Part shown: in pieces, positions 47,207-59,105 of the stretch
Position numbering within the stretch: the first letter of the stretch is position 1
Layout: each line of letters begins with the position of its first letter
DNA from: Haliotis rufescens
Taxonomy: Eukaryota
Direction: 5' to 3'
DNA length: 64,000 bases
NCBI RefSeq assembly: GCF_023055435.1
Contig: NW_025964354.1
Coordinates: forward strand, 2,294,001-2,358,000
Notes under the pieces: generated by a model
Database searches by the model: none
The model's input: the letters and a program-made list of their open reading frames with translations, nothing else
What the model was told of the DNA's origin: nothing
Position numbers and translations under genes: made by a program

Positions 47207-50200
47207 TCACACCATCCGGCGCACATTGTCCTGCTCCAGCGCTGTCTGGTTGCCATGGTAGCTCATCTTCTTCTCCACGACACACGTCCGTGTTACTTCC
47301 TCCGTCGTCTTCATGCCGTGACCTCTTGCACTGAATACAGAAAGAACGCCTTCAACAGAAATAAGCAGTGATGTACAGACTGGCATTCTGGTGCCAGATA
47401 GACAAACAAGGGAAACAGTAAAACATACTGTTCGTGTTACAATTNNNNNNNNNNNNNNNNNNNNNNNNNNNNNNNNNNNNNNNNNNNNNNNNNNNNNNNN
47501 NNNNNNNNNNNNNNNNNNNNNNNNNNNNNNNNNNNNNNNNNNNNNNNNNNNNNNNNNNNNNNNNNNNNNNNNNNNNNNNNNNTTTATAGTGCTAGCTCAC
47601 TGAGATACCATGCCGCATTTCAACATGAATACACCACTGAGACACAGTATACGGACTCCGAGCCGACCAGTCCTTGTTTTAGCCCCTTAATGCTGAGCGC
47701 CAGACAGGGTAACAACAAATACCATCTTTTAACGTCTTTTGGTATGACGCGACCGGGGATCGAACCCCGGACCTTCCTCTCTCCGGGCGGATGCTCTACC
47801 ACTGGACCACGGAAGAGGTCTTTCAGTGTAAGAGTTACAGGTACTTATTCCGAATAGATGATCTCCAAAGAATACACGCGATCAAATTTGGTCTTACCGT
47901 TTGTTAACAAATACAATATGAGAACCGCTACCAGGATTCCTATAAGAACGGCATATCCATCTGTAAAATAAAAAAAATATCATTAACTTTACATATATAA
48001 TTAACTGGTCGTTGAGAAGAGTTCCAGTCGAGTGTTCACCACATGTTTGGCAGGCAGAACGTTTTCATGAGGCCTTATAACCATGGCCTAAACATGTGCA
48101 CTATAATATTGATATCGATATACCATTGCCAGTAGTTATGATTCTGGATATAAAATCCGACAATGCCATATCCATACTCATAAGAAATCATTCGATTGCA
48201 ACTATATCATAAGCATTTTTTTTTATATGATCAGCGTGTCAGATAGTGATGGTTGCAGGTATTCGCGAAAAGGTAAGCGCTGGTAGCACCGTCGTGAACA
48301 CATGCAAAGGAAAGTCAGTTTGGCTTTGCTTGTAACTGATGATGCTCGCCTGTCTGCCATACCAGTTGTAGAAAAGTTCACTTAGGTCTTAAATCACTTC
48401 ATATAACCAAGTACATACTAAGCACTACACAGTGTATATTACACGTTGAAAAACGTATACTGCCCGAGTATACACTGTATACCGAGTAACTATAGACCTG
48501 TTTGCACTGTTACTCCTGTATCTGTACTACATATGACATTGTACACTACACACAAGTCGAGTATGTAGACTTACATGAACTTGTGGATTCTACACGGGCC
48601 ATGCATGGCACAGTCTACACGATACACAATTTACACTAAATACAGGTGACAGTATAAACTGTGTGCCGAACGATGAATTGCAACTTTTTTCACTCTACAC
48701 CATTCTTATATACTTACACTTATTCGGCGATGTCATAACTGGCTTTGTTGCTGTGGCGTTATGACCTGAAATGTATTGAATGTTATATACTAAACTACAC
48801 TATGCATCAATATATTACACTCCTTATTTTTATACATTACAAAAACAAAACTCACAAAACACCTATTACTTGTATATAACTATTACATTCAGAATGCATG
48901 CATTCAACAACTCGCAAAAGACAAAAAAAAGTACGTACCTTAACAAAATACAGCCTATCTGCTATTTATATCAATTTTTTCTAAGAGAATACATTCTTAT
49001 ATTCAATATTTTGACATACTTACAGTGACACTATATAGTCACTGCCTAATGAAGAAGCCTACATTATTTTCTATTAACATGAACTGTCTTTGCTGAGGGT
49101 GATAACTTTATGTTTACACAAACCTGAAACAATATAATATCAAGTTTATGTCCCGAGGGCTAACTGAAAATTATTTCACTTGGGACACATTACATCACTT
49201 GGGAGTGCATTTATAGTCCATTTATTACCACATACGGGTATATACTTTGAAGAGGAATCTGCATACGATAGGGTTTCTTCCATATTATGGCTTTTCACTG
49301 CCTAATTTGCTTTTTACGTCCTATAGTATCTGTTTCGTCGAAAACTCGACATTTGTTATTTTTTTGTGTTAACTTTTCATCTTTAAATTTGTGAACTGAA
49401 TTACCTCTCAGAGTGATTAACGAAATACTCACTCACTCATTTTTAATTTGACAGTTAAGTAGCACAGCTGACGCAATACACATAACACCGGATTACAATT
49501 GTGAACGTATGAGATACGTACTTGAGACAAATAGGTCGTGTATACACCGAGTCAGGGAGATCTTGGTTGCACCTTTTTCCTCTCTCCTGCAGGTGTACCT
49601 TCCAGCATCAGCTAGTGAAACATTGTAGAGACAAAAGACATAGGTGCTGGTGTTACGGGAGGTAACAACCTCCACCATCCTGGTTCTGAGCCAGTACTTA
49701 GGAAGTATGTAGACCTTATTGGCATCCACAGCCATAAACTTATCCCCACTAGGTGTCATGATGTAGAATTCATATCGATAACGAGGCATCTTCCAGGCTA
49801 CCATGGCATGATCACCTTCACGCACTTGTGTGTAGTTCGGGACTTTTTCCATCTTTGCTGTAAAACATCACAATTACACATACATAATTTAACAGTGTGC
49901 ATGTATGAGTGAAAGCGTACTGGCATGAGCGCGGGTCCTTGTTTTCATGTTTTTTTGTGAAAGCGTAATGTGCTGAATCCGTTGCAATATAAGTTATATT
50001 GGGAGACAATAAATACACATTTCAATTTTGTCATTACTATGGATTTGTACAGACCGCTTCAAAACATATAACTACTCAAATGCGCCTAGAACACTCAATT
50101 ATTTTCATTCTTTACTTCCTGAGGAGCATATAACCTAACCATTAACAGTCACATTGCCATCTCCTCCAACTTGTTAGGGTGCTGTGTGAACAGGAGTACA

Positions 50201-53200
50201 CTAGACTCTCACGAGTCAACCTGCTGAGCACCTGATCTCCAATCATTGTTTGTATATTTCTAAATGTATGTTTTTCAAATAAAGATATTCTGAGGTAGAT
50301 AGTGTTCTAATGTAAAGAAATGGCATTCATCTAAAACACGGCAGTTGTATGACATTCGACTGGATATCACATCTATGCATTGTTGTTGATATAATCTGAG
50401 AGTTATACTGTGGATTCTGCCCTCAATCACATATTTGCAATTAAGTACATTGCTCATAAATGAATTTTACACAACAACTAACGTCTCATTATACAAGTTG
50501 CCAGCCTGCCTTTGATGTTGTAGTGTTTTAATCACTTACAGTTTGTAGACAATTCAGATTCTTCACTCCATTCAGACTGAACATCCCATCCCACCAGTTC
50601 AGCTTTACACGTGTATCTGCCTCTGGTACCATCACTGACGGTCAGAGAACCCTTGTGGTAGTAATAGTCTCCATGTAACTTAGAAACTGCCAAAGGAAGT
50701 CTTTCTATGTTTGCCACTTCGACTTCATTCCGCCTCCAACCCCAAGTAATTGATGTCTGTAAATACCCTTTCACGGCGACGTAACATGTCAGCGTGACAA
50801 TTTTATCGGCTTCAACTGTCTGAGGGGCGACGATGTAGGGATCCGCAATATCTGTTCATAAATATAATGTATGGCAATTGGTAGAGGTACAATGCAAGAA
50901 TCGTTACAGGGACCTAAACTCATATTTGAGTAAAACTACATAAACTCATCATGTATTATAAATGAAAATATACACATGTCACAGAACATTTTTCCAACAA
51001 GTAATAAGACAAAAGCGCTTGCAAAATGTATGTTCGATTGAGTATGAGGACGAGTATCCCTCTCGTGGCATGGTATTTGATATATTCTGGAAAAGGTACA
51101 TTTTGATGATTTTGTGAGTGAATATCAAAAGGAGATGGCCAGTAGTTTTGATTTGAGAGAACTTGTTTCAACTACATTTGTCTCATTTATCTGTTATTTG
51201 TGCTTGGTTGATTGTACTCATATTATTAAATCATACTCACATTTTACAAATAGCCGTTGACCACAGTCGTACACTCTTGACCCGGGCGAGCCTGGTGACC
51301 CTCTGTGACATCTGTACTCTGCACTGTCTGGCCAGTCCACATTATACAGCTCGAAGCTGAACACCCCAGATCCTGAAGAATTCACTCTCCCGGTGAATGC
51401 AGCTCTGGACTTGTATCTGTCAGTGACATTCACTTGATTGTAGTCAGTTATGTGGAACAGAGATTTCGAAGATAACCGTCGCACTGTAAATTCTCCGAGT
51501 CCAGGTCGGGGTAATTTCCACGACAGAAAGGCAGTACTCCCGAGGCGGGCGTGTGCAGGCACCGCAGCTGAAATAATACAATGCATGGTAAAACACACCC
51601 GAAGAAAACCAGGAAGCAGTAGTTCTGCCTGCGTTGTGTAGCAGATACAACTGAATGTCACGGTGCCAGTCATCACTGATCAGTTGGCCGCTCATTGAAA
51701 TGTGATTATAAAGATGTGTCCAATAGATACTAAGGTCAATTCATAAGTTGCTGTAGACTGTCACTGTAGTCTAAGCACGGATCGAGTCGAAACTACAATA
51801 GTTTGGATGTGCATTTGTTCACAAGGATGGGTCGTAGCGAGGATATTCGTGAACAATCATGCAATAAAACTCTCTGACATTTCTCAATGTATGCGTCAAT
51901 CCTGAGTTCAAGATTAGGGGGCTTAATGATCAGAATATATCAATAAAGCGGCAAAACGTTTTCCATATCCAAAACAATGCCTGTATAAAGCAGAGTCTAC
52001 GATTCCGATTATATCACGAGCTTGTGTTTATGAATCACTTTCAAGTAGTAATGATACCAGATCGTCGCGACCGGCGGCACCCTCACAAACACATGCAAAG
52101 GAAAGTCAGTTGTTCGCCTAAAACAAAACGGAAACATATGGTACAAGTCAAAATAGGGAATTGTATCGGACATACATTTTGTCAATGGTGGGTCAAATTT
52201 GGAAAAGTCCTCCACATATCTACCAAAAAACTTTTTGAAAGCTTTACTGAGGCCTTGAATGCTGTAATCTTGATCAAACAACTTCTGAGCAAGAGTCGCA
52301 TGACGCTCTTTGAAATCGTGGCACAAAGAACATGCTTTGTTGTATCTCAAATGTTGTGAAATGTAATCGCCAAATGCTGGAGCTGCTGGAATATTACTCG
52401 ACATTGAAGGGAAGTTGACTATTGGGAAGTGGAAGTCATCCCTCTTGTCATACAGTGTTGTGGAGAGTGTATTGTCACCCTGAATCTTTATGCAGAGATC
52501 TAAATATGGAACGGATGAGGTGGTCTCACTGGTCTCCTCTATTTCTTGTTCAAGTGGGTAAATCAGTGGAAGGGAATGGGCTATTTGACTGACATTGTGT
52601 ATTCGTGCTATCCCCCAGGAATGTGAAAAAAAGTCCGTCAGTGTTTACGTCATTTCAAGAAAACAGTCTCGAGAAACACGTATGAACGTCAGTTTCGCGG
52701 TCATGTGACCGACCTCTCGCCCAATGGAAATGCCGTATATCTTTTAAACTTCACATTACAAATCATACAGCTTTAAACTGTCATTTAGTAAAATAGAAAA
52801 ACGGTACCCATGACTTTTGAATTTCTTTTAAATGGATGGTTGTAACTGAAATCAATTTGTTTACACAGTCCATCATATTAGTTAATGTACATTTCATTTA
52901 TTTTCAAATCAATCAGATAGCATATCTGTTTGCGCTGAATGAACACACGATTTGCCGTGCTGTGTGTAGTCGCGATGGCACATCTAAGTATTTTGTCATT
53001 TCAAAGTGAGGCATGTTGTTTCCTCGTAAAAAATATATGTTTTGATAAAAGTTAGATTCGATTTCCCCAATACTTCAGCGCTCGCTATATTTAGTTCATA
53101 GGAATGTTATGGTATGCATCGTGAAGTGATGCGGCGGTGTGTTTACATTCTGTCATTATAGGCATGCATATTACGGGCATATTGCGAACTTACATTGAAC

Positions 53201-53816
53201 ATTCTTTAAAAATCATTTATAATAAATAATATAATGTACACAGTAATTATCATAAATACGAGATATTTACCATCCCAAAACACACAAATGTCATAACTTC
53301 TCTTGTAGTTAGTTATTTCGAACATCCGATTTTGAAGCCACAAAGATATTCATGTTGCGATTTTAGATTGAAATACTTATATATTATTAGTAATTAATTA
53401 GCATTGACTTAATATAAGCTTGAAAGAAGTGTGGAAGATGAAAGCAAATGTCATCCGAAGTTTACAGAGAAAAGAAATTTAAGGAAAGGACATTTAGGCA
53501 AGACGTTGGCACCCCCATGAGCACCAATGGTGCTTCACAGTCAGTTTTTTTGTGTTGTTTCAATCAAACCATAGCATTTACTTTGATAAAGGATTTCTTG
53601 ATCGCAACTTTAGTAAACCTACACAGCATTCAAATTCGAGAAATGGACATTAATTGTTAGGAATAAGCCCCCATCTGTAACAGCTATGATAACATACCTA
53701 CACGAGGAAGCGAGGTAAGTAGTAATGTAACAAAATCACTCACGTGTAGCCCCCGTCCAGCAGTCTGTCACTATACTGCAGACAATACAAAGTACACACC
53801 ACAACGAGGGTCGCAT
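47207..53816 (-). CDS. G4: IgSF receptor, leader-V*-C-V*-stalk-TM with frameshifted tail (~433 aa). Exons: 53744-53816, 51241-51567, 50540-50851, 49522-49857, 48718-48765, 47898-47960, 47207-47349 (ancestral-frame stop at 47061)
   Basis: Close paralogue of G5. The TM exon is 63 bp versus 61 bp in G5. There is a 12-bp in-frame deletion in domain 2 and the stalk donor is shifted by 6 nt. Confidence 0.75.
47445..47582. other. Assembly gap (Ns) in the G4 TM-tail intron
   Basis: Run of N. Confidence 1.
47583..47820 (-). mobile_element. SINE family B
   Basis: Paralogous to 59300-59572. Confidence 0.7.
47898..47960 (-). CDS. G4 transmembrane exon (GYAVLIGILVAVLILYLLTN)
   Basis: tttacag|63 bp|gtaaga. 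Confidence 0.8.
49522..49857 (-). CDS. G4 exon: atypical V-type Ig domain 3
   Basis: 336 bp, tttacag|...|gtacgt. Confidence 0.9.
50540..50851 (-). CDS. G4 exon: C-type Ig domain 2
   Basis: 312 bp. VTLTCYV...TWGWRRN...DGTRGRYTCKAE. Confidence 0.88.
51241..51567 (-). CDS. G4 exon: atypical V-type Ig domain 1
   Basis: 327 bp, atttcag|...|gtgagt. Confidence 0.9.
52009..52615 (-). mobile_element. Penelope-like retroelement RT C-terminal fragment
   Basis: LYDKRDDFHFPIVNFPSMSSNIPAAPAFG.YISQ.LRY..AC motif, typical of PLE reverse transcriptases. Confidence 0.75.
53744..53816 (-). CDS. G4 signal-peptide exon MRPSLWCVLCIVCSIVTDCWTGAT
   Basis: 73 bp, ATG to phase-1 gtgagt. Confidence 0.82.
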
Positions 53817-54386
53817 TGTGTGAGTGTAATATGTCAAAGCACCGTCCAAACTAAGTCATCTTAGTTTGGTGAATGTGTATTCACTCATGCTTATTTCGAC
53901 ACGTTTTTTTCTGCGTTATGATTCAAAGCAGTTTTCCACCAAGGTTGTTTCAATTACCGTAATATGACTATACAAGCGTGAACAGAATGTTCTTCCTCCC
54001 TATAAATTATTAACGACCAAAGTTTCATACATCTGACCTCAATTCAATTTATTGTTTGTCTCTTCGGATGCAGCTAAATGGGATCGGGTGTTCAAGATCG
54101 TGGATTGCATGACCCAGCGTCATTGTGCACGACGGCGTTGTTGGACGCTGCTCATGATATCAATCACTGGTTCCTCTGACTATATCTGACCATATCTTAT
54201 CAACATCGGCCTGACCTACACCAATCAAACACATGTAAAACCCACTCATTCACATTACAATTTTAATGATACCAACAGAACACTGTCTGTGATTATTAGA
54301 AACCTTTGCTAAAACAGAGGCACTTGTCCGAATCCGACAATAGCGTAAGCACATGTAATGCAGTCTGAATAAATGACTACTTATCC

Positions 54387-54553
54387 GGGGATGCGGGGCA
54401 GCCTTGTGGATAAAGCGTTCGCTCGTCACGAAGACCTGAGTTCCATTCCCGACGTGGGTACATACAATGTGTGAGTACCATTTCTGGTGTCCAGCGTCGT
54501 GATGTTGCTGGAAAACTGCTAAAAGCGGCGTATAACATTACTCACTCAATCAC
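54387..54553 (+). mobile_element. SINE family A
   Basis: Paralogous to 40113-40271. Confidence 0.75.
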
Positions 54554-54685
54554 TACTTATCCTCTTAAACCTGACCTTATAAGTGTTGAACATATGCCAA
54601 CTGATGCTATACTAACTACAAATAATATCTTGTTTAGGAACAATCATCTATGCATTTGTGTAATTACTATTTGTGACTCCCTATT

Positions 54686-55633
54686 AGAGTTATCACCATG
54701 GGGCAGGAGTTATCACCATGGAGCAGGAGTTATCATCTTGGGGCAGGAGTTATCACCATGGGGCAGGAGTGATCACCATGGGGCAGGAGTTCTCATCATA
54801 GGGCAGGAGTTATCACCATGGAGCAGGAGTTATCATCTTGGGGCAGGAGTTATCACCATGGGGCAGGAGTGATCACCATGGGGCAGGAGTTCTCATCATA
54901 GGGCAGGAGTGATCACCATGGGGCAGGAGTTCTCATCAAAGGGCAGGAGTGATCACCATGGAGCAGGAGTTCTCATCATAGGGCAGGAGTTATCATCTTG
55001 GGGCAGGAGTTATCACCATGGGACAGGAGTTATCACCTTGGGGCTGTCGTTATCACCATGGGGTAGCAGTTATCGCCATGGGGCAGGAGTGATCACCATG
55101 GGGCTGTAGTTATCACCATGGGGCTGTAGTTATCACCATGGGGCTGTATTTATCACCATGGGGCTGTAGTTATCACCATGGGGCAGACGTTATCACCATG
55201 GGGCAGGAGTTATCACCATGGGGCTCTAGTTATCACCATGGGGCTCTAGTTATCACCATGGGGCGGGGGTTATCACCTTGGGGCAGAAGTTATCACCATG
55301 GGGCTGTAGTTATCACCATGGGGCAGGAGTTATCACCATGGGGCAGGAGTTATCACCATGGGCCAAGAGTTATCACCATGGGGCAGGAGTTCTGACCATA
55401 GGGCAGGAGTTATCATCTTTGTGCAGGAGTTATCACCATGGGGCAGGAGTTATCACCTTTGGGCAGGAGTTATCACCATGGGGCTGTAGTTATCATCATA
55501 GGGCAGGAGTTATCACCTTGGGGCAGGAGTTATCACCATCGGGCAGGAGTTATCACCTTGGGAGCAGGAGTTATCACCATGGGACAGGAATTATCACCAT
55601 TGAGCGGGGGTTATCACCATGGGGAAGGTGTTA
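54686..55633. repeat. 20-bp satellite array (~47 copies), paralogous to 40403-45228
   Basis: Same unit and same flanks. Confidence 0.97.
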
Positions 55634-56460
55634 TGTATGACTCAGTCTACTCCACTTTCCATCCGGTTTCACATGTGATCTCGCACTTCCCCGTGTTCAG
55701 TTACTGTTACTATAAAACTATATGTTTCAACGGTGTGTGTATAATGTAGGTTGGCGGTGTGTGTGTTTCTGTCTTGCGAGGACGACCTCTGCTGTAGGTC
55801 ACATGCCACTCAGACAAGCAATCAGTTTTTTTCTGAGAATCCGTTGGACGCTAGCTAACCGCAGCTACGTTCACACTGTTAAATTTGCTAATTTTCAGGA
55901 TGACATGAAACAGGACATGTTTTAATGTCATAAAACACTTGAATGGGTTACGCAGATCATATTCGAGCTGGGGTCAATGCTCGAAAATACGTTAATCATA
56001 TCAATGAATATAAGGCTTCTTTGTACGTGACTTCGAGTGACTCAATTTAACGGCGTATCATCTTGTTGTGGAAGGAAATCACGAGGCGATGCAGGTCTCA
56101 CACTTTCCTCACTGTGGTGAAACCAACGAGCACGGATGTGGTGCAAACCTTAACAAATATTCATGGAGAACCAAGATTTGTACACAGAATGACAGCATTC
56201 TGCCAAGGCTAAGGGACACAACTCTGCATAGGACATTTTGGCGTCTTGGACGAAAGGGCCACCCTGCCCCTGCTGCATAATGAACACGAGAAATTGTTTC
56301 GAAGCCATAATTTATTTTAAACTAATTACACAGCTGTAATGTGAAAAGAAAATTAAAAAAAGTTCGTGGAATGCATAACAAAAGCGTTTTCGTTTGGGAT
56401 ATGTACATCAGGTCACTGATATGATCTTTATAAGAGATTCATACTTCTATGGTGAAATCC

Positions 56461-57401
56461 AAGCCATGGTTACACCTTATCGACAACGTTCTGTTGTTGT
56501 TCGGCATCTCTGTATGGGGACAACTCCCATACTACACAATAACATAAGCCATGGTTAGACCTTATCGACAACGTTCTGTCGTTGTTTGGCATCTCTGTAT
56601 GGGGGACAACTCCCATACTACACAATAACATAAGCCATGGTTACACCTTATCGACAACGTTCTGTCGTTGTTTGGCATCTCGGTATGGGGACAACTCCCA
56701 TACTACACAATAACATAAGCCATGGTTACACCTTATCGACAACGTTCTGTCGTTGTTTGGCATCTCTGTATGGGGACAACTCCCATACTACACAATAACA
56801 TAAGCCATGGTTACACCTTATCGACAACGTTCTGTCGTTGTTTGGCATCTCTGTATGGGGACAACTCCCATACTACACAATAACATAAGCCATGGTTACA
56901 CCTTATCGACAACGTTCTGTTGTTGTGTGGCATCTCTGTATGGGGACAACTCCCATACTACACAATAACATAAGCCATGGTTACACCTTATCGACAACGT
57001 TCTGTCGTTGTTTGGCATCTCTGTATGGGGACAACTCCCATACTACACAATAACATAAGCCATGGTTACACCTTATCGACAACGTTCTGTTGTTGTGTGG
57101 CATCTCTGTATGGGGTACCACTCCCACACTACATAATAACATAAGCCATGGTTACACCTTATCGACAACGTTCTGTTGTTGTTCGGCATCTCTGTATGGG
57201 GGACCACTCCCACACTACATAATAACATAAGCCATGCTTACACCTTATCGACAACGTTCTGTTGTTGCTCGGCATCTCTGTACGGGGTACCACTCCCATA
57301 CTACACAATAACATAAGCCATGGTTACACCTTATCGACAACGTTCTGTTGTTGGTCGGCATCTCTGTTTGTGGGACCACTCCCACACTACATAATAACAT
57401 A
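56461..57401. repeat. ~85-bp tandem repeat, ~11 copies
   Basis: Same unit as 46562-46991. Confidence 0.92.
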
Positions 57402-57965
57402 TAGGAACCATAACCTCAATACTATCAATTACTGAGACATACTATTGACCACCTTTTGCTTGGCCAACTCATCATAGTATACTAGATGTGTAGGTCACAT
57501 GCCACTCAGACAAGCAATCAGTTTTTTTCTGAGAATCCGTTGGACGCTAACTCGCAAGCTATTGATTGCTAGCCCGAAAAGCTAACCGCAGCTACGTTCA
57601 CACTGTTAAATTTGCTAATTTTCAGGATGACATGGAACAGGACATGTTTTAATGTCATAAAACATTTGAATGGGTTACGCAGAACATATTCCAGCTGGGA
57701 GTCAATTCTCGAAAATACGTTAATCATATTAATGAATATAAGGCTTCTTTGTACGTGACTTCGAGTGACTCATTTTAACGGCGCATCAGCATGACGTGGA
57801 AGGAAACCACGAGGCGATGCAGGTCTCACACTTTCCTCACTGTGGTGAAACCAACGAGCACGGATGTGGTGCAAACCTTAACAAATATTCATGGCGAGCC
57901 AAGATTTGTACACAGAATGACAGCATTCTGCCAAGGCTAAGAGACACAACTCTGCATAGGACATC

Positions 57966-58747
57966 ACATAAGCCATGGTTACACCTTATCGACAGCGTTC
58001 TGTTGTTGTTCGGCATCTCTGTATGGGGGACCACTCCCACACTACATACATAACATAAGCCATGGTTACACCTTATCGACAACATTCTGTTGTTGTTCGG
58101 CATCTCTGTATGGGGCACCACTCAAATGCAACATACATAACATAAGCCATGGTTACACCTAATCGACAACGTTCTGTTGTTGTTCGGCATCTCTGTATGG
58201 GGCACCACTCCCATACTACATAATAACATAAGCCATGGTTACACCTTATCGACAAGGTTCTGTCGTTGTTTGGCATCTCTGTATGGGGGACAACTCCCAT
58301 ACTACATAATAACATAAGCCATGGTTCGACCTTATCGACAACGTTCTGTTGTTGTTCGGCCACTCTGTATGGGGTACCACTCCCATACTACATAATAACA
58401 TAAGCCATGGTTACACCTTATCGACAACGTTCTGTTGTTGTTCGGCATCTCTGTATGGGGCACCACTCCCATACTACATAATAACATAAGCCATGGTTAC
58501 ACCTTATCGACAAGGTTATGTCATTGTTTGGCATCTCTGTATGGGGGACAACTCCCATACTACATAATAACATAAGCCATGGTTGCACCTTATCGACAAC
58601 ATTCTGTTGTTGTTCGGCACCTCTGTATGGGTACCACTCCCATACTACATAATAACATAAGCCATGGTTACACCTTATCGACAACGTTCTGTTGTTGTTT
58701 GGCATCTCTGTATGGGGGACCACTCCCATACTACATACAAAACATAT
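57966..58747. repeat. ~86-90-bp tandem repeat, ~9 copies, 3' of G5
   Basis: Same unit. Confidence 0.92.
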
Positions 58748-58816
58748 AGGAACCATAACCTCAATACTATCAATTACTGAGACATACTATTGACCACCTT
58801 TTGCTTGGCCAACTCA

Positions 58817-59105
58817 TCATAGTATACTAGATGTGTGACATTGCACGACGGTAACAGTTCCGTAGATATGTTCCTCCGTGTCACACGTCCGATCACTGTT
58901 CTCGTTCCGAGGCAGAGACATCATACTACAAGGAACAGCCGCCGTATGTATCCTCTGGACGGTCACACCATCCGGCGTATTTTGTCCTGCTCCAGCGCTG
59001 TCTGGTTGCCATGGTAGCTCATGTTCTTCTCCACTACACACGTCCGTGTTACTTCCTCCGTCGTCTTCATGCCGTGACCTCTTGCATTGAATACAGAAAG
59101 AACGC
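58817..59105 (-). CDS. G5 cytoplasmic-tail exon
   Basis: tttctgttgaag|G CGT TCT. Open frame to the stop at 58817. Confidence 0.72.

Noticed and set aside
56461-58747. Possible hammerhead ribozyme or retrozyme array
   Set aside because: No CUGANGA/GAAA core was found in the unit on either strand.
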